Shown: in pieces, positions 37,144 through 48,587 of the stretch
How positions within the stretch are numbered: position 1 is the stretch's first letter
Layout of the letters: each line of letters opens with the position of its first letter
Assembly: GCA_020049895.1 (NCBI GenBank)
Contig: JAGVLE010000011.1
Span: 3,131-67,130, forward strand
Reading direction: 5' to 3'
Source of the DNA: Alphaproteobacteria bacterium
GTDB taxonomy: Bacteria; Pseudomonadota; Alphaproteobacteria; UBA9655
Length of the DNA stretch: 64,000 bases
Notes under the pieces: model-generated
Told to the model about the DNA's origin: nothing
The model's input: only the letters and a program-made list of their open reading frames with translations
Database searches by the model: none
Program-made: the position numbers and the translations under genes

Positions 37144-38526
37144 CTAATCCGTGTTGTGTTTCATGCTTGAATGTGACTTTCCATTTTTTGATATTTTAAT
37201 ATCAAAAAACAAAAGAAAAACCACAAGTGGTACTGCATTCGTTAATACTGTGACCAAGGGGTTGGTTATCATTAAAAGCAAACACATAGAAAAAAAGGTC
37301 TTTGCAAGATCTGAACCATGACAAACAACGAAGTAGAAAAAAATCGCTATAAAGAGTGAAGAAAAAATAAATACAAGCCAGCCATATTTTGCATATGTTT
37401 CAACAAAATACGGAGCAGCATTTATGCCGATAAATTGTGAACTCAACTTCTGAGATCCATTTTCATAGAGAGAATATTGATAGTTAAATACAAAGTGATC
37501 ATAGGGAAAATATTTTTTTCCTAGAATAATACTCAGAGGTCGAATGGTCCTTATAATTGATACGTTTTTATTCTGCATGATTTCAGATCTAAACCCTAAG
37601 TAGGCATATAGAGTTGCATAAGGAGTCCATAAAAGTCTATTGAGCATAAATAAAAATGGTGAAGATCTCTCAAAAATAAAATTTTCTATTTTTATAAAAC
37701 CATTTATATCTTTGTTTATTAGAATAAAATGTTTTTTGTTCTGTATAGAAGGCGTAGCAGAGCTCTTTTGAAATGTATCAGATGAAAGATGTTTTTCATT
37801 TCTCTCTATGGGAAAAGAATGCATCAAATTATATAGTTTTTTGGGACCTGCGAAAAAAAAGAAGGTCGTGATAAAAACAATAAAAAGACAAGAGAGAAAA
37901 AAGAAAAATGCTTTTGAAAAATCTTTCTTTTTCGAAAACAAATAATAAAATATTAAAGGTATGAATGCCTTAAAACATAAAGTTTTAGCAAGGGAGAACA
38001 TAAGAGTAAAACAAAAAACAATAAAAATAATATTTCTATATTTTATTTTGTTGTCAAACAAAACAATTATTATTAAAGGACACACAAGAGATGAATAAAA
38101 AACATAAAAATATACGAGAATTTTCTCCCAGCCACTGCGTGTTAAATCAAAGGCTACTCTGTAGTTGTAAATATTTTCTTGGGTGTCTCCTAATAATGAG
38201 CTCAATAGAGGAACTTTTTTACATGTGATGCACAATAAAAGAAAAAACACTAAGTAAGAAAAGAATATACCATATATCATTTTTTCAGTTGTTTTTAATT
38301 CTAATAGCTTTATATCAATTTTTGAAAATAAAGTTTTACAAAGAGAAAAGACGAAAAAAAAAGAAAACACAGCCCAAGCTGGAAGTAAAAATGCTGTGAT
38401 TGTTCTGGAATTAAATCCAAGGTAATATATACCTATAAAAGATGGGAAAATATATAACACAAAAATAGAAGAAATGTACAAAGTTTCATAGCAGACAAAT
38501 TTTTTTATTTTCTTCAAAAAAAGCAT
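37144..38526 (-). CDS. polytopic membrane protein, probable O-antigen polymerase (Wzy-like)
   Basis: 460 aa with about 10 or more hydrophobic spans, one large hydrophilic loop, and Phe/Ile/Leu/Lys-rich composition from very AT-rich DNA. It lies next to wzx and glycosyltransferase genes. The call rests on context and topology only. Confidence 0.5.
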   Translation of the reverse strand: MLFLKKIKKFVCYETLYISSIFVLYIFPSFIGIYYLGFNSRTITAFLLPAWAVFSFFFVFSLCKTLFSKIDIKLLELKTTEKMIYGIFFSYLVFFLLLCITCKKVPLLSSLLGDTQENIYNYRVAFDLTRSGWEKILVYFYVFYSSLVCPLIIIVLFDNKIKYRNIIFIVFCFTLMFSLAKTLCFKAFIPLIFYYLFSKKKDFSKAFFFFLSCLFIVFITTFFFFAGPKKLYNLMHSFPIERNEKHLSSDTFQKSSATPSIQNKKHFILINKDINGFIKIENFIFERSSPFLFMLNRLLWTPYATLYAYLGFRSEIMQNKNVSIIRTIRPLSIILGKKYFPYDHFVFNYQYSLYENGSQKLSSQFIGINAAPYFVETYAKYGWLVFIFSSLFIAIFFYFVVCHGSDLAKTFFSMCLLLMITNPLVTVLTNAVPLVVFLLFFDIKISKNGKSHSSMKHNTD

Positions 38527-38586
38527 TTAGTTAAACCTAGGTGTTGTTTAGTCTGAATAAGAAGTTAATTCTCTAACTCAAAGAAA

Positions 38587-39825
38587 TTAAAAAGCTCTAT
38601 CTTCTTCACAGTAGCGTGATGACAAAATGGATTCTACGCCTATTTTTGCCATTCCTTTCCAAAAGACATAACTTATGATAATAGTTGTATACTCAAACAA
38701 TGAAATTTCTACCTTGATAGATTTCGTCTCTTTTAGTTTCGTTATAAAATCCTTCATGACTTTTTCAGTTGAAAAAAGATTTGCTTTTTCCTGGCTTAAG
38801 TGTTGTAGGCATTGATATTCCTTAGGCGTATAATGATAAAGCTCCAATATCTTATTATAAAAAGGGTACGCTTTAGCATCAGGAATAGGGCCGCCTAAAT
38901 TATAACCGTTATCAATTTCAGTAAAAAAACCATAAGTATAGGGTTGGTGAGAAGGACATAATGTTACTAAGGCCGGTATACCTGATGCCGTTGCTTCTAG
39001 CATAGCCGTACCGCAGCCTATAAAAAGAAAAGCATCAGTAAAAACTGTTTCTAGTTTATCATAAGAAAGCAAACCTTTAAGAAAAACAAAATCATCTGCT
39101 CTTTTTATCTGTATATAGTCAGATAATTTTGTTTGCAAAGGCCCATCGCCGTAAATGTGATATTCAATCTCAAGTTCGGGATGATTCTTCCTCAAATCAC
39201 AACATACGTCTACCATTTGAAACATATAGGTCCTAAAATTAACAATTTTTCCGATGGAAATTATTTTTTGTCGATTAGGCTTGCGTACTACTTTCTTAAA
39301 ACGTTCATTATCAATCATAATCGGAATGAGGGGAGATTTAGAAAAATCTCTTGTCATATATAGGCCATGTTTTTCCTTGGTTAGCTGGCTCATAAAGAAA
39401 ATGTTTTCTGCGGGAAGAAAGGTAATTAATTTATGTGCAAGTTTGCGAATATAAGACTTAGGACCATGCTTCCAACAATATTCTAGTGGATGGTAAACAC
39501 CACAGCAAATTTTTGCTTTCTGAAAAAAGAAGCGGCCCAGCAAAAGAGAAAAAACGAGAGGGAACAAACTAAATGCATAAACATATTCAAAATTTTTTTT
39601 CTTTAATTTTCTGTATGTTTTTAATAAATCAACGCCATAGTAAATATCACATTTCGACTCTAAGAACTGAACGAACTCGTTGCTAAATTCATCGTCGTTT
39701 CTTTTTGTTATAAAAAGAATAGTCAGGTCCATATCATTTAGTGAGGATAAATACGAAATCATTCTCTTGATTAACGTTTCAACCCCAGCGAGGCCTGGTC
39801 GTGTAGACACAAATAATATTTTCAT
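38587..39825 (-). CDS. glycosyltransferase, GT4/group-1-like
   Basis: MKILFVSTRPGLAGVETL at the N-terminus, and a C-terminal nucleotide-sugar binding pattern (FIGCGTAMLEATASGIPALV). Confidence 0.8.
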   Translation of the reverse strand: MKILFVSTRPGLAGVETLIKRMISYLSSLNDMDLTILFITKRNDDEFSNEFVQFLESKCDIYYGVDLLKTYRKLKKKNFEYVYAFSLFPLVFSLLLGRFFFQKAKICCGVYHPLEYCWKHGPKSYIRKLAHKLITFLPAENIFFMSQLTKEKHGLYMTRDFSKSPLIPIMIDNERFKKVVRKPNRQKIISIGKIVNFRTYMFQMVDVCCDLRKNHPELEIEYHIYGDGPLQTKLSDYIQIKRADDFVFLKGLLSYDKLETVFTDAFLFIGCGTAMLEATASGIPALVTLCPSHQPYTYGFFTEIDNGYNLGGPIPDAKAYPFYNKILELYHYTPKEYQCLQHLSQEKANLFSTEKVMKDFITKLKETKSIKVEISLFEYTTIIISYVFWKGMAKIGVESILSSRYCEEDRAF

Positions 39826-39874
39826 GATTTCGTAGGGGGCCTTCTTGCTAGCAATGCACTCTTTAATCTCGCAT

Positions 39875-41128
39875 CTAGTATAATTTCTTTTTCTTAAAAA
39901 GAAATACCATACAACAAAAATAAATTGAACAATTAATTAAAAATGCATACATTGCGCCAACAATAGAAAATCTATTGATCAAAACAACTGATAATAAAAC
40001 ATAGAAAAAAGAAAAAAATAATTCTGTAAAGAGAAAGAGATTTGTTTTTTTCTTAGCCAACATTAAAAAAGCAATAACCCATGAACCAATTTTTACTATA
40101 TCGCCTAAAAGCTGTACAAAGAACAAATCTCGGATAGCATAAAATTTTTCATCAAAGAGAATAAAAACAATAAGATCCCTTAATATGTATATAAAAAAAG
40201 ATAAAAAAATTACGGAAGGAAGGAGTATTTTATAAGTTGTAAAAATTTCCTTTTTGATACATTTTTCATCTCTTAATTCAGACAATTTAGGGAGATAATA
40301 TATTGTCATAACGGTTGTTAAGAAGAGAAGATAAACATCTGATATTTTTGTAACAGCTTGCCAATACCCCGCGTCTGTCCAGGATAAAACTTCTACAATA
40401 TGGTTTCTTATAAAAATATGCGTGATGGGTGTAAGAATAGCTGTCGTAATAGCCATTAAAGAATAATGAAGCAAGTTGTGGATACTTTTTGATTCAAAAG
40501 AGGGCTTAAAATATTCAAATTTCAGCCAATCTTTATGTCTTATAAAAAACAAAGTAATAAAAAAGAGACACCCTTGTGTAAATATAAGTGACAATAGAAC
40601 GCCGTAAAGATAGAAATTTCTAATTAAAAAATAAGAAACAACAACACTTATAAAAGATCCTACAACAGTTGAATAAACGAGAGATTTAACATCTCTAAAT
40701 CCATTAATGATTGAAAATAAAAAATTATTACAAGCGATACAAAATTGAGCGACAGACAAAACTATAACAATAGATGCAAAACTATCTGTTTCGAATAAAA
40801 AAACAGAAATATAATTAGAAAATGAAAAACAAATAACAAAAAAAACAAAAGAAGACACAACTGTTATAAATGCGCCAGAATTTAAGATAATTTTTATTTG
40901 AGGAGAAGTTTCTTTTCCGTATTCAGCAACATAACGAATAATTCCGTTTGAGATACCTCCGCCTGCACAAACACCTACAATTGTCATGAGGCTCATGAAT
41001 TGCCCCATTTTTCCAAGACCTTCTGGGCCCGTGTAAATTGCAATTATTTTTACAATAAATAAATAAGACAATATTTTTGAAAAAGTAGATAAAGAGGTCC
41101 AAAAACCAACTCTAATAAATTCATTCAT
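39875..41128 (-). CDS. wzx: O-antigen/polysaccharide flippase (Wzx, MOP superfamily)
   Basis: 417 aa with about 12 spans. The N-terminus ([37 protein letters not shown]) is typical of Wzx/WzxE translocases. Confidence 0.8.
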   Translation of the reverse strand: MNEFIRVGFWTSLSTFSKILSYLFIVKIIAIYTGPEGLGKMGQFMSLMTIVGVCAGGGISNGIIRYVAEYGKETSPQIKIILNSGAFITVVSSFVFFVICFSFSNYISVFLFETDSFASIVIVLSVAQFCIACNNFLFSIINGFRDVKSLVYSTVVGSFISVVVSYFLIRNFYLYGVLLSLIFTQGCLFFITLFFIRHKDWLKFEYFKPSFESKSIHNLLHYSLMAITTAILTPITHIFIRNHIVEVLSWTDAGYWQAVTKISDVYLLFLTTVMTIYYLPKLSELRDEKCIKKEIFTTYKILLPSVIFLSFFIYILRDLIVFILFDEKFYAIRDLFFVQLLGDIVKIGSWVIAFLMLAKKKTNLFLFTELFFSFFYVLLSVVLINRFSIVGAMYAFLINCSIYFCCMVFLFKKKKLY

Positions 41129-42257
41129 CTAACAAATAACCATTTACTACATTTATTATTTTTTGAACGCTAGGTTCATTCATATGCGGGCCAATGGGTA
41201 AACTTAACACTTCATTGTGAATGTCTTCGGATATCGGGAAACTTCCTTTTTTCCAATTTCTTTCGGCATAAGCCTGTTGCAAATGAGGAGGAATAGGATA
41301 ATGAATGAGCGTATCAATATGATGTGATTTTAAATAAGATTGTAGAGAGTTGCGATCACTTGTTCTAACAACAAATAAATGCCAAGCATGATTTATATTT
41401 TCATCTAATTTTGGCAATAAAATATTTTTATTTGATATTGAATTCAGGTAAGCATTGGCTATAAGAACTCTTCTTTCATTCCACTTATCTAAATAACGAA
41501 GTTTAACTCTTAAAAAAGCAGCTTGAAGCTCATCAAGTCGGGAATTGTATCCCTTTAGTTGATGCGTATATTTAACTTTAGAGCCGTAATTCCGTAACAT
41601 TCGAATTTTTTCAGCTAAAATATCATCATTGGTTGTAATGGCGCCGGCATCGCCAAAGGCACCAAGATTCTTCCCGGGATAAAAACTAAATCCTGCGGCG
41701 TGTCCCAATGATCCTGTCTTTTTACCTTTATAAAGCGCTCCATGTGCTTGGGCGGCATCCTCAATCACATGAAGATCATACTTTTTCGCAATTGCGTTTA
41801 TTTCATCCATTTTTGTTGGTTGGCCATACAAATGGACAGGGATAATAGCTTTTGTTTGGGGCGTAATTGCTTTTTCAATTTCATGGGGATCTATATTAAA
41901 CGTTCTTTCATCAGGCTCTACTGGGATAATTTTTGCTCCCACATAAGAGACCGCAAGCCATGTTGCAATGAATGTATTTGAGGGAACGATGACTTCATCT
42001 CCCTCTCCAATATCGTAAGCTTTTAGGATAAGGTGAAGAGCATCAAGACCATTCCCAACGCCGATACAATGTGTCACGCCACAATAGGCAGCGAATTCTT
42101 CTTCGAATTTTGAAACTTCTTCTCCTAGAATATACCACCCCGAATCCATAACTTTTTGAAAAACAGACGTTAATTCATTTTTTAATTCTTGATAGGTTTC
42201 GCCTAATTCAAGAAAAGGAACCGAAAAATTACCTGTTTCTTTAACCGTTAACGTCAT
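41121..42257 (-). CDS. DegT/DnrJ/EryC1-family PLP aminotransferase, probable dTDP-3-amino-3,6-dideoxyhexose transaminase (FdtB/QdtB-like)
   Basis: [42 protein letters not shown] (the Lys in this motif is the expected PLP lysine). It is adjacent to an FdtA-like isomerase. Confidence 0.85.
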   Translation of the reverse strand: MTLTVKETGNFSVPFLELGETYQELKNELTSVFQKVMDSGWYILGEEVSKFEEEFAAYCGVTHCIGVGNGLDALHLILKAYDIGEGDEVIVPSNTFIATWLAVSYVGAKIIPVEPDERTFNIDPHEIEKAITPQTKAIIPVHLYGQPTKMDEINAIAKKYDLHVIEDAAQAHGALYKGKKTGSLGHAAGFSFYPGKNLGAFGDAGAITTNDDILAEKIRMLRNYGSKVKYTHQLKGYNSRLDELQAAFLRVKLRYLDKWNERRVLIANAYLNSISNKNILLPKLDENINHAWHLFVVRTSDRNSLQSYLKSHHIDTLIHYPIPPHLQQAYAERNWKKGSFPISEDIHNEVLSLPIGPHMNEPSVQKIINVVNGYLLDE

Positions 42258-42642
42258 TCAAAAAATCCTTGTAATCTCTGTAATAATCTTCTTCTTTATA
42301 AACATCAGAAGCGAGAACTAAGCACACACTTCCAGATGAAAAATTATTCAAGTCTCTCCACATCATGGGGGGAATATATAATCCTTGCCATGGTTTTTTT
42401 AAGGAAAACGTTTTCCTAGTATGTCCATCATCTAATGTAAGATCAAAGCTTCCTGAAAGGGGAATAATGACTTGCTCTAATTTCTTGTGCCCATGGGCTC
42501 CGCGCTCTGCTCCCTCAGAAATATCATAAATATAATAGATTCTTTTAATTTCAAAAGGAATATGTTGGGGGTATTCAATAAAACTCAAATTCCCTCGCGG
42601 ATCTTTTATTTGGGGAAAAGTAAGGAGCGATATATTGTTCAA
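42241..42642 (-). CDS. dTDP-4-dehydro-6-deoxyglucose 3,4-ketoisomerase (FdtA/QdtA/WxcM-like cupin)
   Basis: 133 aa. [12 protein letters not shown]...[39 protein letters not shown] matches the FdtA-type cupin pattern. Confidence 0.8.
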   Translation of the reverse strand: MNNISLLTFPQIKDPRGNLSFIEYPQHIPFEIKRIYYIYDISEGAERGAHGHKKLEQVIIPLSGSFDLTLDDGHTRKTFSLKKPWQGLYIPPMMWRDLNNFSSGSVCLVLASDVYKEEDYYRDYKDFLNDVNG

Positions 42643-42660
42643 GGCTTAGATCCTTATCGT

Positions 42661-43323
42661 TTAAATACGAAAAAATTTGTAGCTTGTAATAGGAGAGGGT
42701 TTTGTAGGCTCACTTTTTAATAACGAGCCCTCTGCAATGTCCTTTGATACAAGTGCGTTGGGGCCTATCCACGAGTCCTTTCCAACCGTAAGATTATTGG
42801 CAAACGTAGAGTTTACCCCACAAAAACAATTAGCACCTATGGTCACGTACCCTGAAACTACGACATGAGAGCTAATAAATACGTTGTTTCCAATTACCGA
42901 ATGATGACCTATGTGATTACCACTCCATAAAATAGTGTTATTCCCGATTTTAACAAAAGGTTGAACAACATTGTTTTCAAAAATAAAAGTATTCTCTCCG
43001 ATCTCTGCATTTCTCCATACAAAGGCGCGTGAGCTTACGTAAGACGCTGCCTTATAACCCAAATTCTTAACGAGATTAAACAAACGCTCGCGATGTCGAT
43101 TCAATTTACCGTAAGTTAAGGCGACAAAAACATGATGTTCTTTAGGATCATAAACCGTGGGTATATCTTCCAGGGCTACGATAGGTATTCCAAAAAGCTC
43201 TGATTTTGTTAGATAAGTTCTTTCTACTGCAAATGCAACCACCTCATAAGGAGAATCATGAGTAAAATACTCATAGGCGATTTCGCCAAAAGCCTCATCT
43301 CCTACAATAATAAGCTTTGTCAT
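42661..43323 (-). CDS. hexapeptide-repeat sugar N/O-acyltransferase (NeuD/PglD-like)
   Basis: The N-terminal Rossmann-like part (KLIIVGDEAFGEIAYEY) is followed by left-handed beta-helix repeats (IGENTFIFENNVV...IGNNTILWSGNHIGHHSVIGNNVFISSHVVVSGYVTIGANCFCGVNS). Confidence 0.8.
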   Translation of the reverse strand: MTKLIIVGDEAFGEIAYEYFTHDSPYEVVAFAVERTYLTKSELFGIPIVALEDIPTVYDPKEHHVFVALTYGKLNRHRERLFNLVKNLGYKAASYVSSRAFVWRNAEIGENTFIFENNVVQPFVKIGNNTILWSGNHIGHHSVIGNNVFISSHVVVSGYVTIGANCFCGVNSTFANNLTVGKDSWIGPNALVSKDIAEGSLLKSEPTKPSPITSYKFFRI

Positions 43324-44069
43324 GGTCGCACCACTAAGAGATCTTCACGTCGATTAGCCATTGGCAGCTCAGCTTGTTGAGGCAACAGAAACGCATGAAA
43401 TCCACTCATTCTTAAGCGCACAAGCAGGCCCATGAGGACACCGTCATCAATTTGGTCTGACTCAAGTTGATTAAATATAGGTTCAGGAAATAAATTTCCA
43501 TCTTGGGCATAAAATTTTTCATGATATATTTTAGCAGTTTCGGAGGCTAAAAATCTCTTTTTCATAGAGATATTAGGAATATCCCCGGCAAGGAACTGTC
43601 CCTCTCTTTTTAGAAGAGTAACTGCAGAGTCAATAAATTTAAAGAGACTGGTTTCCACAAATGGATACTGAATAACGCTATAGGTCAGGATAACATCAAA
43701 CTCTCCCAAATTTTCTATGTTGTTAAGTTCTTCTGGGAATTTCGCTGCAATCTTCGTGACGTTTGGATAGGAGGGAATAAGGTCAATCATTTCTTGGCAA
43801 TCGATCAAAACAACTTCATGGTGTTGTTGACTGCAATGATCTAAAAATTTTTTGGTGAGGTCGCTCCACCCTGGCCCTATATCTAAAATTCTCATTTTTT
43901 CTCGGTTCAAATGAGAACATTTTCTTAAAATATCTTCAAAGATAAGGTCTACCTTTCCTTCTCGATACCAGGCAGGAAAGCCTACTCGTTCATGTTGGTT
44001 AACAGACGGATCTTTTGCCAGGTGTTTAAAAGTTTCATACCCTAGGTGATTTGGGTCAAAATTAGACAT
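43320..44069 (-). CDS. class I SAM-dependent methyltransferase
   Basis: SAM motif I (MRILDIGPGWSDLT), then an acidic residue after beta-2 (VVLIDCQ). Start and stop overlap the neighbouring genes. Confidence 0.7.
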   Translation of the reverse strand: MSNFDPNHLGYETFKHLAKDPSVNQHERVGFPAWYREGKVDLIFEDILRKCSHLNREKMRILDIGPGWSDLTKKFLDHCSQQHHEVVLIDCQEMIDLIPSYPNVTKIAAKFPEELNNIENLGEFDVILTYSVIQYPFVETSLFKFIDSAVTLLKREGQFLAGDIPNISMKKRFLASETAKIYHEKFYAQDGNLFPEPIFNQLESDQIDDGVLMGLLVRLRMSGFHAFLLPQQAELPMANRREDLLVVRP

Positions 44070-44083
44070 CTTTTTTGGCCCTA

Positions 44084-45046
44084 TTATAAACTAATTCTAT
44101 AAAAATCATGAACGATACCGCCTCCGCCGTGTTTAGCTTTTGACATATACAACCCTTGATTGAGGTGTTGACCTTGGTTCTCGTTGCTAATTCCAAAATC
44201 AAAATATCTTACTTTATGCTCTTTTGCGAGCTCAATACAGCGATTCAGAAGATAATCAAGGGCAAACACTTCTGCTCCCTCGGTGGTTACAACAAGATAC
44301 TGCGTATGGTAAACAGAAGGGTTCATAAACACAACAGTTCCTGCAACAATCCTCTCATCCTTTAAAGCAGTAAATATACGAATATTGTGAGGGAACCTAG
44401 ATAACAATTCTTTCATTTCCTCGTAAGAGTGGACAGGCTTTGTAGCATATTTTTCTTGAAGATTTTTCGAAAGAACCTCCCAAAGTTCTTTTAAATAGTC
44501 GGATGAGGAGTATATCAGAACTCTATGTTCCTCTGCTTTTCGAAACCGTCTACGCATAGTAGACAGGGCTTTACTACTTAAAGGTGAGGGAACATCTAAA
44601 TCAATCGCACAACTTAAGTCTCTCCGATAGAGATCAGCATTTTGTCGAAAAAGCGCGTACAAATCGTCGGACGAGGGCACTTGATGATAAATATAAGGGA
44701 TGGGTTTATAAAGAAATTTCTCATATCCCTTGTCTTTGTAAAAATGACAAATTTCTTGCAATGCATCAACCATTATCATTCCGCCTAATTTACCCTTATG
44801 GAGGATCCCTCCATAGGTGATGCCGGGGTGACTTATGATTTCTGCTTCATCATTAGGATTGATGGCTGCAGGTAACACAGCAAGCCAGTCTCCATCATCA
44901 TCCGTAAGAATAAGAGAGTGATCTTGAAAACGATTTTTGTGGTAGCTTAAAAAAAGTCTTGTATGAAGGAATGTGGCCATTGGACAAGCCTTCAAAAATT
45001 CATCCCATTGGGAAGAATGGTCTTCTCTAAAAGATACAATTTTCAT
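44084..45046 (-). CDS. FemAB-like / GNAT-fold acyl- or aminoacyl-transferase
   Basis: 320 aa with a two-lobed layout. WDEFLKACPMATFLHTRLFLSY and the C-terminal YHTQYLVVTTEGAEVFALDYLL...YFDFGIS resemble FemAB/BioF2-like acetyltransferase proteins seen in glycan loci. This is recognition by eye only. Confidence 0.55.
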   Translation of the reverse strand: MKIVSFREDHSSQWDEFLKACPMATFLHTRLFLSYHKNRFQDHSLILTDDDGDWLAVLPAAINPNDEAEIISHPGITYGGILHKGKLGGMIMVDALQEICHFYKDKGYEKFLYKPIPYIYHQVPSSDDLYALFRQNADLYRRDLSCAIDLDVPSPLSSKALSTMRRRFRKAEEHRVLIYSSSDYLKELWEVLSKNLQEKYATKPVHSYEEMKELLSRFPHNIRIFTALKDERIVAGTVVFMNPSVYHTQYLVVTTEGAEVFALDYLLNRCIELAKEHKVRYFDFGISNENQGQHLNQGLYMSKAKHGGGGIVHDFYRISL

Positions 45047-45960
45047 GATGTTTTTAAGATAGCATAGCCAAAGCCGTCAAACCCAAAATTATTACCAGTG
45101 TAAAACATATACGTTTTTTCTCGAACTTTTAATTGGCATAGATACCCCAGAGCTTTAGAATCCCACCCCTCGAGAGAACAGGGGATATTTATAGTGTTAT
45201 CGGCACGCAGCCAATTCCTTCCATCTGGGGAAGTTGCTCGTCCAGGCAATAATGAATTATCAAGGCGCCCAATAGTATAGTACATCTCGTACTCGTTTGT
45301 GTTTTTATAGACCCTTGAGCGGCCTACTTTATATTCGCCTTCTTCTAGAGATATACAAGGTACTCCTTCTTGGGGAAACGTAATTCCGTCTTTAGATTCA
45401 AGGTATTTAATATAATAATTCGGGTAGGGTACGTTATTTATGTCTATCCATTTTTTTCCTACAGAATACCAAATTTTCCATAAATTATCCTCAAAACGAG
45501 AGCAATGAATGGCACGTAAAAAAGTACTTTCGGGAGATCTATCTAAGATAGGCGTCTGTGAAAGACGAACAAATGTTTCTCCCCCGTCAGAACTTTCAGC
45601 TATTCCTGAAAAAGCTAAAAATTTTACTTTCTGAGCAATTTGGAAGCCAACATAATACATACGCCAGCGATCGTTGTGCTTTACAATATCACCTAAAATC
45701 ACCCCATTATCATCAAAACAGCCGGGTTGGCCTATATCTAGCACCGGATTCTCAGATATTCCTATAACTTCCGAAGGATTATTAGAATTAAGATCTACAT
45801 ACCCAATTCTTCCTATTCCCTCGATATCTCGAGCGCTGAAGTAAACGCGGATGACATCCTCATTTAATAAAACAGGGGTTGGGGTTAAGGCTGAACTATA
45901 TTTCCAGCTCTTTTTATCAAAAGAAGGGGAGTATATTAATCCTTTTTTTTCCCAATTCAT
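45043..45960 (-). CDS. hypothetical protein, possibly a five-bladed beta-propeller glycosidase/phosphorylase-like fold
   Basis: 305 aa with a recurring hydrophobic-Tyr-Tyr/Phe strand motif (IRVYFSARD, WRMYYVGF, WKIWYSVG, YEMYYTIG, TYMFYTGNN), as seen in GH32/43/130-type propellers. The fold assignment is weak. Confidence 0.4.
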   Translation of the reverse strand: MNWEKKGLIYSPSFDKKSWKYSSALTPTPVLLNEDVIRVYFSARDIEGIGRIGYVDLNSNNPSEVIGISENPVLDIGQPGCFDDNGVILGDIVKHNDRWRMYYVGFQIAQKVKFLAFSGIAESSDGGETFVRLSQTPILDRSPESTFLRAIHCSRFEDNLWKIWYSVGKKWIDINNVPYPNYYIKYLESKDGITFPQEGVPCISLEEGEYKVGRSRVYKNTNEYEMYYTIGRLDNSLLPGRATSPDGRNWLRADNTINIPCSLEGWDSKALGYLCQLKVREKTYMFYTGNNFGFDGFGYAILKTS

Positions 45961-46016
45961 ATTATTTCTCTCTAAGGGGTTCTTTTATAAAGTTCTTTGA
46001 TAAAAAATTTTATTCA

Positions 46017-47150
46017 TTAAACTTTATTCCAGTTCCGTGAAATATTATAAATTTTTTCTTTAAATAACAAAAGATAATTTTTTGTTTTTCCTTTAAGAGT
46101 TAGCGATGGTTTTTCAATAAAATGCCATGAAAACACTGAAACAAGAAAAGTAAGAAACAGAGAAAGAAAAAACAAATAATAAGGAGTGTATATTTTTAAT
46201 AGGGAGACTAGCGTTTGCTGGGTTGGAAAAGAAAATATATAAATTCCGTAAGAATAATCCGGTAAAATAGTATTAAGTTTTTTGATTACGAGCTTTGGGT
46301 GAAATCCAAAAAAGAGAACACCATAGCTTATAAAAATAACTTCAGTATAAAAAGTATGTGGGAGAAGAAAAAATACAGTAGCTATTCCAAGAAAAACGAG
46401 AGGACTAATAGGAACATATCTTCTGTATAGGAAGGCATACATTCCTAATATAAAAGCTAAAGGAAATTTTATCAGGCCAAAAAAAGGAACTCTAAGAAAA
46501 AAAGCACAAAACCTATCCAATAAAATATATTTATACGAGAAATAACCATCGACCAGGTAAATAATACACAACATAAAAATAAATCCGACTAAAAATAAAT
46601 TTAGAATTTTTTTGTTTTTAAAAGCCCCAACGATTCCTAAAAGAAAGACGAGAGCATACATTCTTATTTCTGGGGGAAGAGACCACAATGATCCATTTGA
46701 AGCACAGGGGAGTGGATTATGTACGTAAACTTCTAAAAGAGGGGAAGCTGCTTTCATAAAAAACAAGTAAACAATGTGGTTATAAAAAAATTTGAAGGCG
46801 GATATTAAATAAAAATAAAAATCTGCCGATGTCACCAATAACCCGAGAAAAATGCAATATAGTAGGGTCAAAACATACCCTGGAAATATTCGAAGTAATC
46901 TTGCTTCTAAAAAAAGATATCGACTTTTACTGTTTATATAGCTTTTTGTTATAAGTAATCCACTTAAAGTAAAAAAAGCACAAACCGCTATATCTCCAAA
47001 CCACCCTGTTGAAAATCCAGGAAATAACTCAGGAATATATCCTAAGGATAAAGGAAAACTGTGCGCAAACACTACAGAAATAGCGGCGAGCAAACGAATA
47101 ATAGTAAGGTTGTTAATTTTTCCGTCTTCTAAATCGGATAAAATATACAT
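46017..47150 (-). CDS. acyltransferase family 3 membrane protein (O-acetyltransferase, OafA-like)
   Basis: NNLTIIRLLAAISVVFAHSF at the N-terminus and about 10 hydrophobic spans. Confidence 0.8.
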   Translation of the reverse strand: MYILSDLEDGKINNLTIIRLLAAISVVFAHSFPLSLGYIPELFPGFSTGWFGDIAVCAFFTLSGLLITKSYINSKSRYLFLEARLLRIFPGYVLTLLYCIFLGLLVTSADFYFYLISAFKFFYNHIVYLFFMKAASPLLEVYVHNPLPCASNGSLWSLPPEIRMYALVFLLGIVGAFKNKKILNLFLVGFIFMLCIIYLVDGYFSYKYILLDRFCAFFLRVPFFGLIKFPLAFILGMYAFLYRRYVPISPLVFLGIATVFFLLPHTFYTEVIFISYGVLFFGFHPKLVIKKLNTILPDYSYGIYIFSFPTQQTLVSLLKIYTPYYLFFLSLFLTFLVSVFSWHFIEKPSLTLKGKTKNYLLLFKEKIYNISRNWNKV

Positions 47151-47169
47151 CGGATTACCTTTGTCTGTT

Positions 47170-47709
47170 TCAGTTCTCGCAATTGAAAAACTCCCCCTCT
47201 TTATCTTTGTTAGATAAAATGGGAGTAGACTCTATGGGCCAATCAATCCCTATTGTGGGATCATCCCACAATAAACATCGCTCATGTGTGGGAGAGTAAT
47301 AATTAGTTGCCTTATATAAAAACTGAGAGGTTTCTGAAAGAGTGAGAAATCCATGGGCAAATCCTTCAGGAATCCAGAGTTGTTTTTTGTTGTTTGCTGA
47401 AAGATATTCTCCCACCCATTGTCCAAAAGTGGGAGATTTTGGACGAATATCAACAACTACATCAAAAACTTCTCCTACGCTTACCCTGACTAATTTTCCT
47501 TGGGCTCTTGGTGATATTTGATAGTGAAGACCGCGAAGCACACCTTTTTGTGAATAAGATTGATTGTCCTGAACAAAGTTGATCGATTTTCCAATATGGT
47601 CTTCAAAAATTTTTTGATTAAAACTCTCGAAAAAAAAGCCACGCTCATCAGAAAAAACTGTTGGCTCTAAAAGAAGAACATCTGGAATAGAAAGAGGTAT
47701 AATCTTCAC
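47170..47709 (-). CDS. rfbC: dTDP-4-dehydrorhamnose 3,5-epimerase
   Basis: [55 protein letters not shown]. Confidence 0.93.
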   Translation of the reverse strand: MKIIPLSIPDVLLLEPTVFSDERGFFFESFNQKIFEDHIGKSINFVQDNQSYSQKGVLRGLHYQISPRAQGKLVRVSVGEVFDVVVDIRPKSPTFGQWVGEYLSANNKKQLWIPEGFAHGFLTLSETSQFLYKATNYYSPTHERCLLWDDPTIGIDWPIESTPILSNKDKEGEFFNCEN

Positions 47710-48587
47710 AACAAGTCACCCTTTAAAATTTTTTCTAAGTATTCCCCATAGCTATTTTTAAAAGATTTTGCAAGTTTATAGAGCTCTTCATCATCAATCC
47801 ACTTTTGTTGAAAAGCGATTTCTTCTGGGCAAGCAATCTTAACCCCCTGTCTTAATTCAACGATACGAATAAATTGGCTTGCATCGATCAAACTTTCGTG
47901 AGTCCCTGTATCGAGCCAAGAAAATCCGCGCCCCATTTTCTCAACATATAGCTCCTCTTTATCTAAATATATTTTATTAAGATCTGTAATCTCAAGTTCA
48001 CCACGCGCAGAGGGTTTGATAGACTTTGCATAGTAAGTAGCGTTTTCATCATAGAAATAGAGACCAGTTACTGCACAATTTGATTTTGGATTTTTTGGTT
48101 TTTCTTCAAGGCTTGTAACACGCCCTGTTTCATCAAATCCAGCCACACCATAGCGTTCTGGATCAGTTACATGATAGGCAAAAATAGTTGCACCTTTTTC
48201 GCGCATATAAGCCTTTTCAAGTAAATTTGGCAAATTATTTCCGTAGAAGATATTGTCTCCTAGAATCAAGGTAGAGGGTGAATTTCCTAGAAATGATTCT
48301 CCAATGATAAACGCTTGTGCCAGTCCGTCTGGAGAAGGCTGTATTGCATACTCAATCTTAACCCCCCATTGAGAACCATCTTTTAAAAGCTCCCGGTAAA
48401 AAGGAATATCTCTTGGCGTTGAAATAATGAGTATTTCTCGAATCCCAGATAACATCAAGGTTGTTAAAGGATAATAAACCATTGGTTTGTCAAAGACGGG
48501 AAGAAGTTGCTTTGAAATAGAAAGGGTGGCTGGATACAATCTTGTGCCGGCTCCACCAGAGAGAATAATTCCTTTTCTATTTGTCAT
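47706..48587 (-). CDS. rfbA: glucose-1-phosphate thymidylyltransferase
   Basis: [37 protein letters not shown] and LGDNIFYG. The start is taken at the second Met (48587); an alternative is 48599. Confidence 0.93.
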   Translation of the reverse strand: MTNRKGIILSGGAGTRLYPATLSISKQLLPVFDKPMVYYPLTTLMLSGIREILIISTPRDIPFYRELLKDGSQWGVKIEYAIQPSPDGLAQAFIIGESFLGNSPSTLILGDNIFYGNNLPNLLEKAYMREKGATIFAYHVTDPERYGVAGFDETGRVTSLEEKPKNPKSNCAVTGLYFYDENATYYAKSIKPSARGELEITDLNKIYLDKEELYVEKMGRGFSWLDTGTHESLIDASQFIRIVELRQGVKIACPEEIAFQQKWIDDEELYKLAKSFKNSYGEYLEKILKGDLL

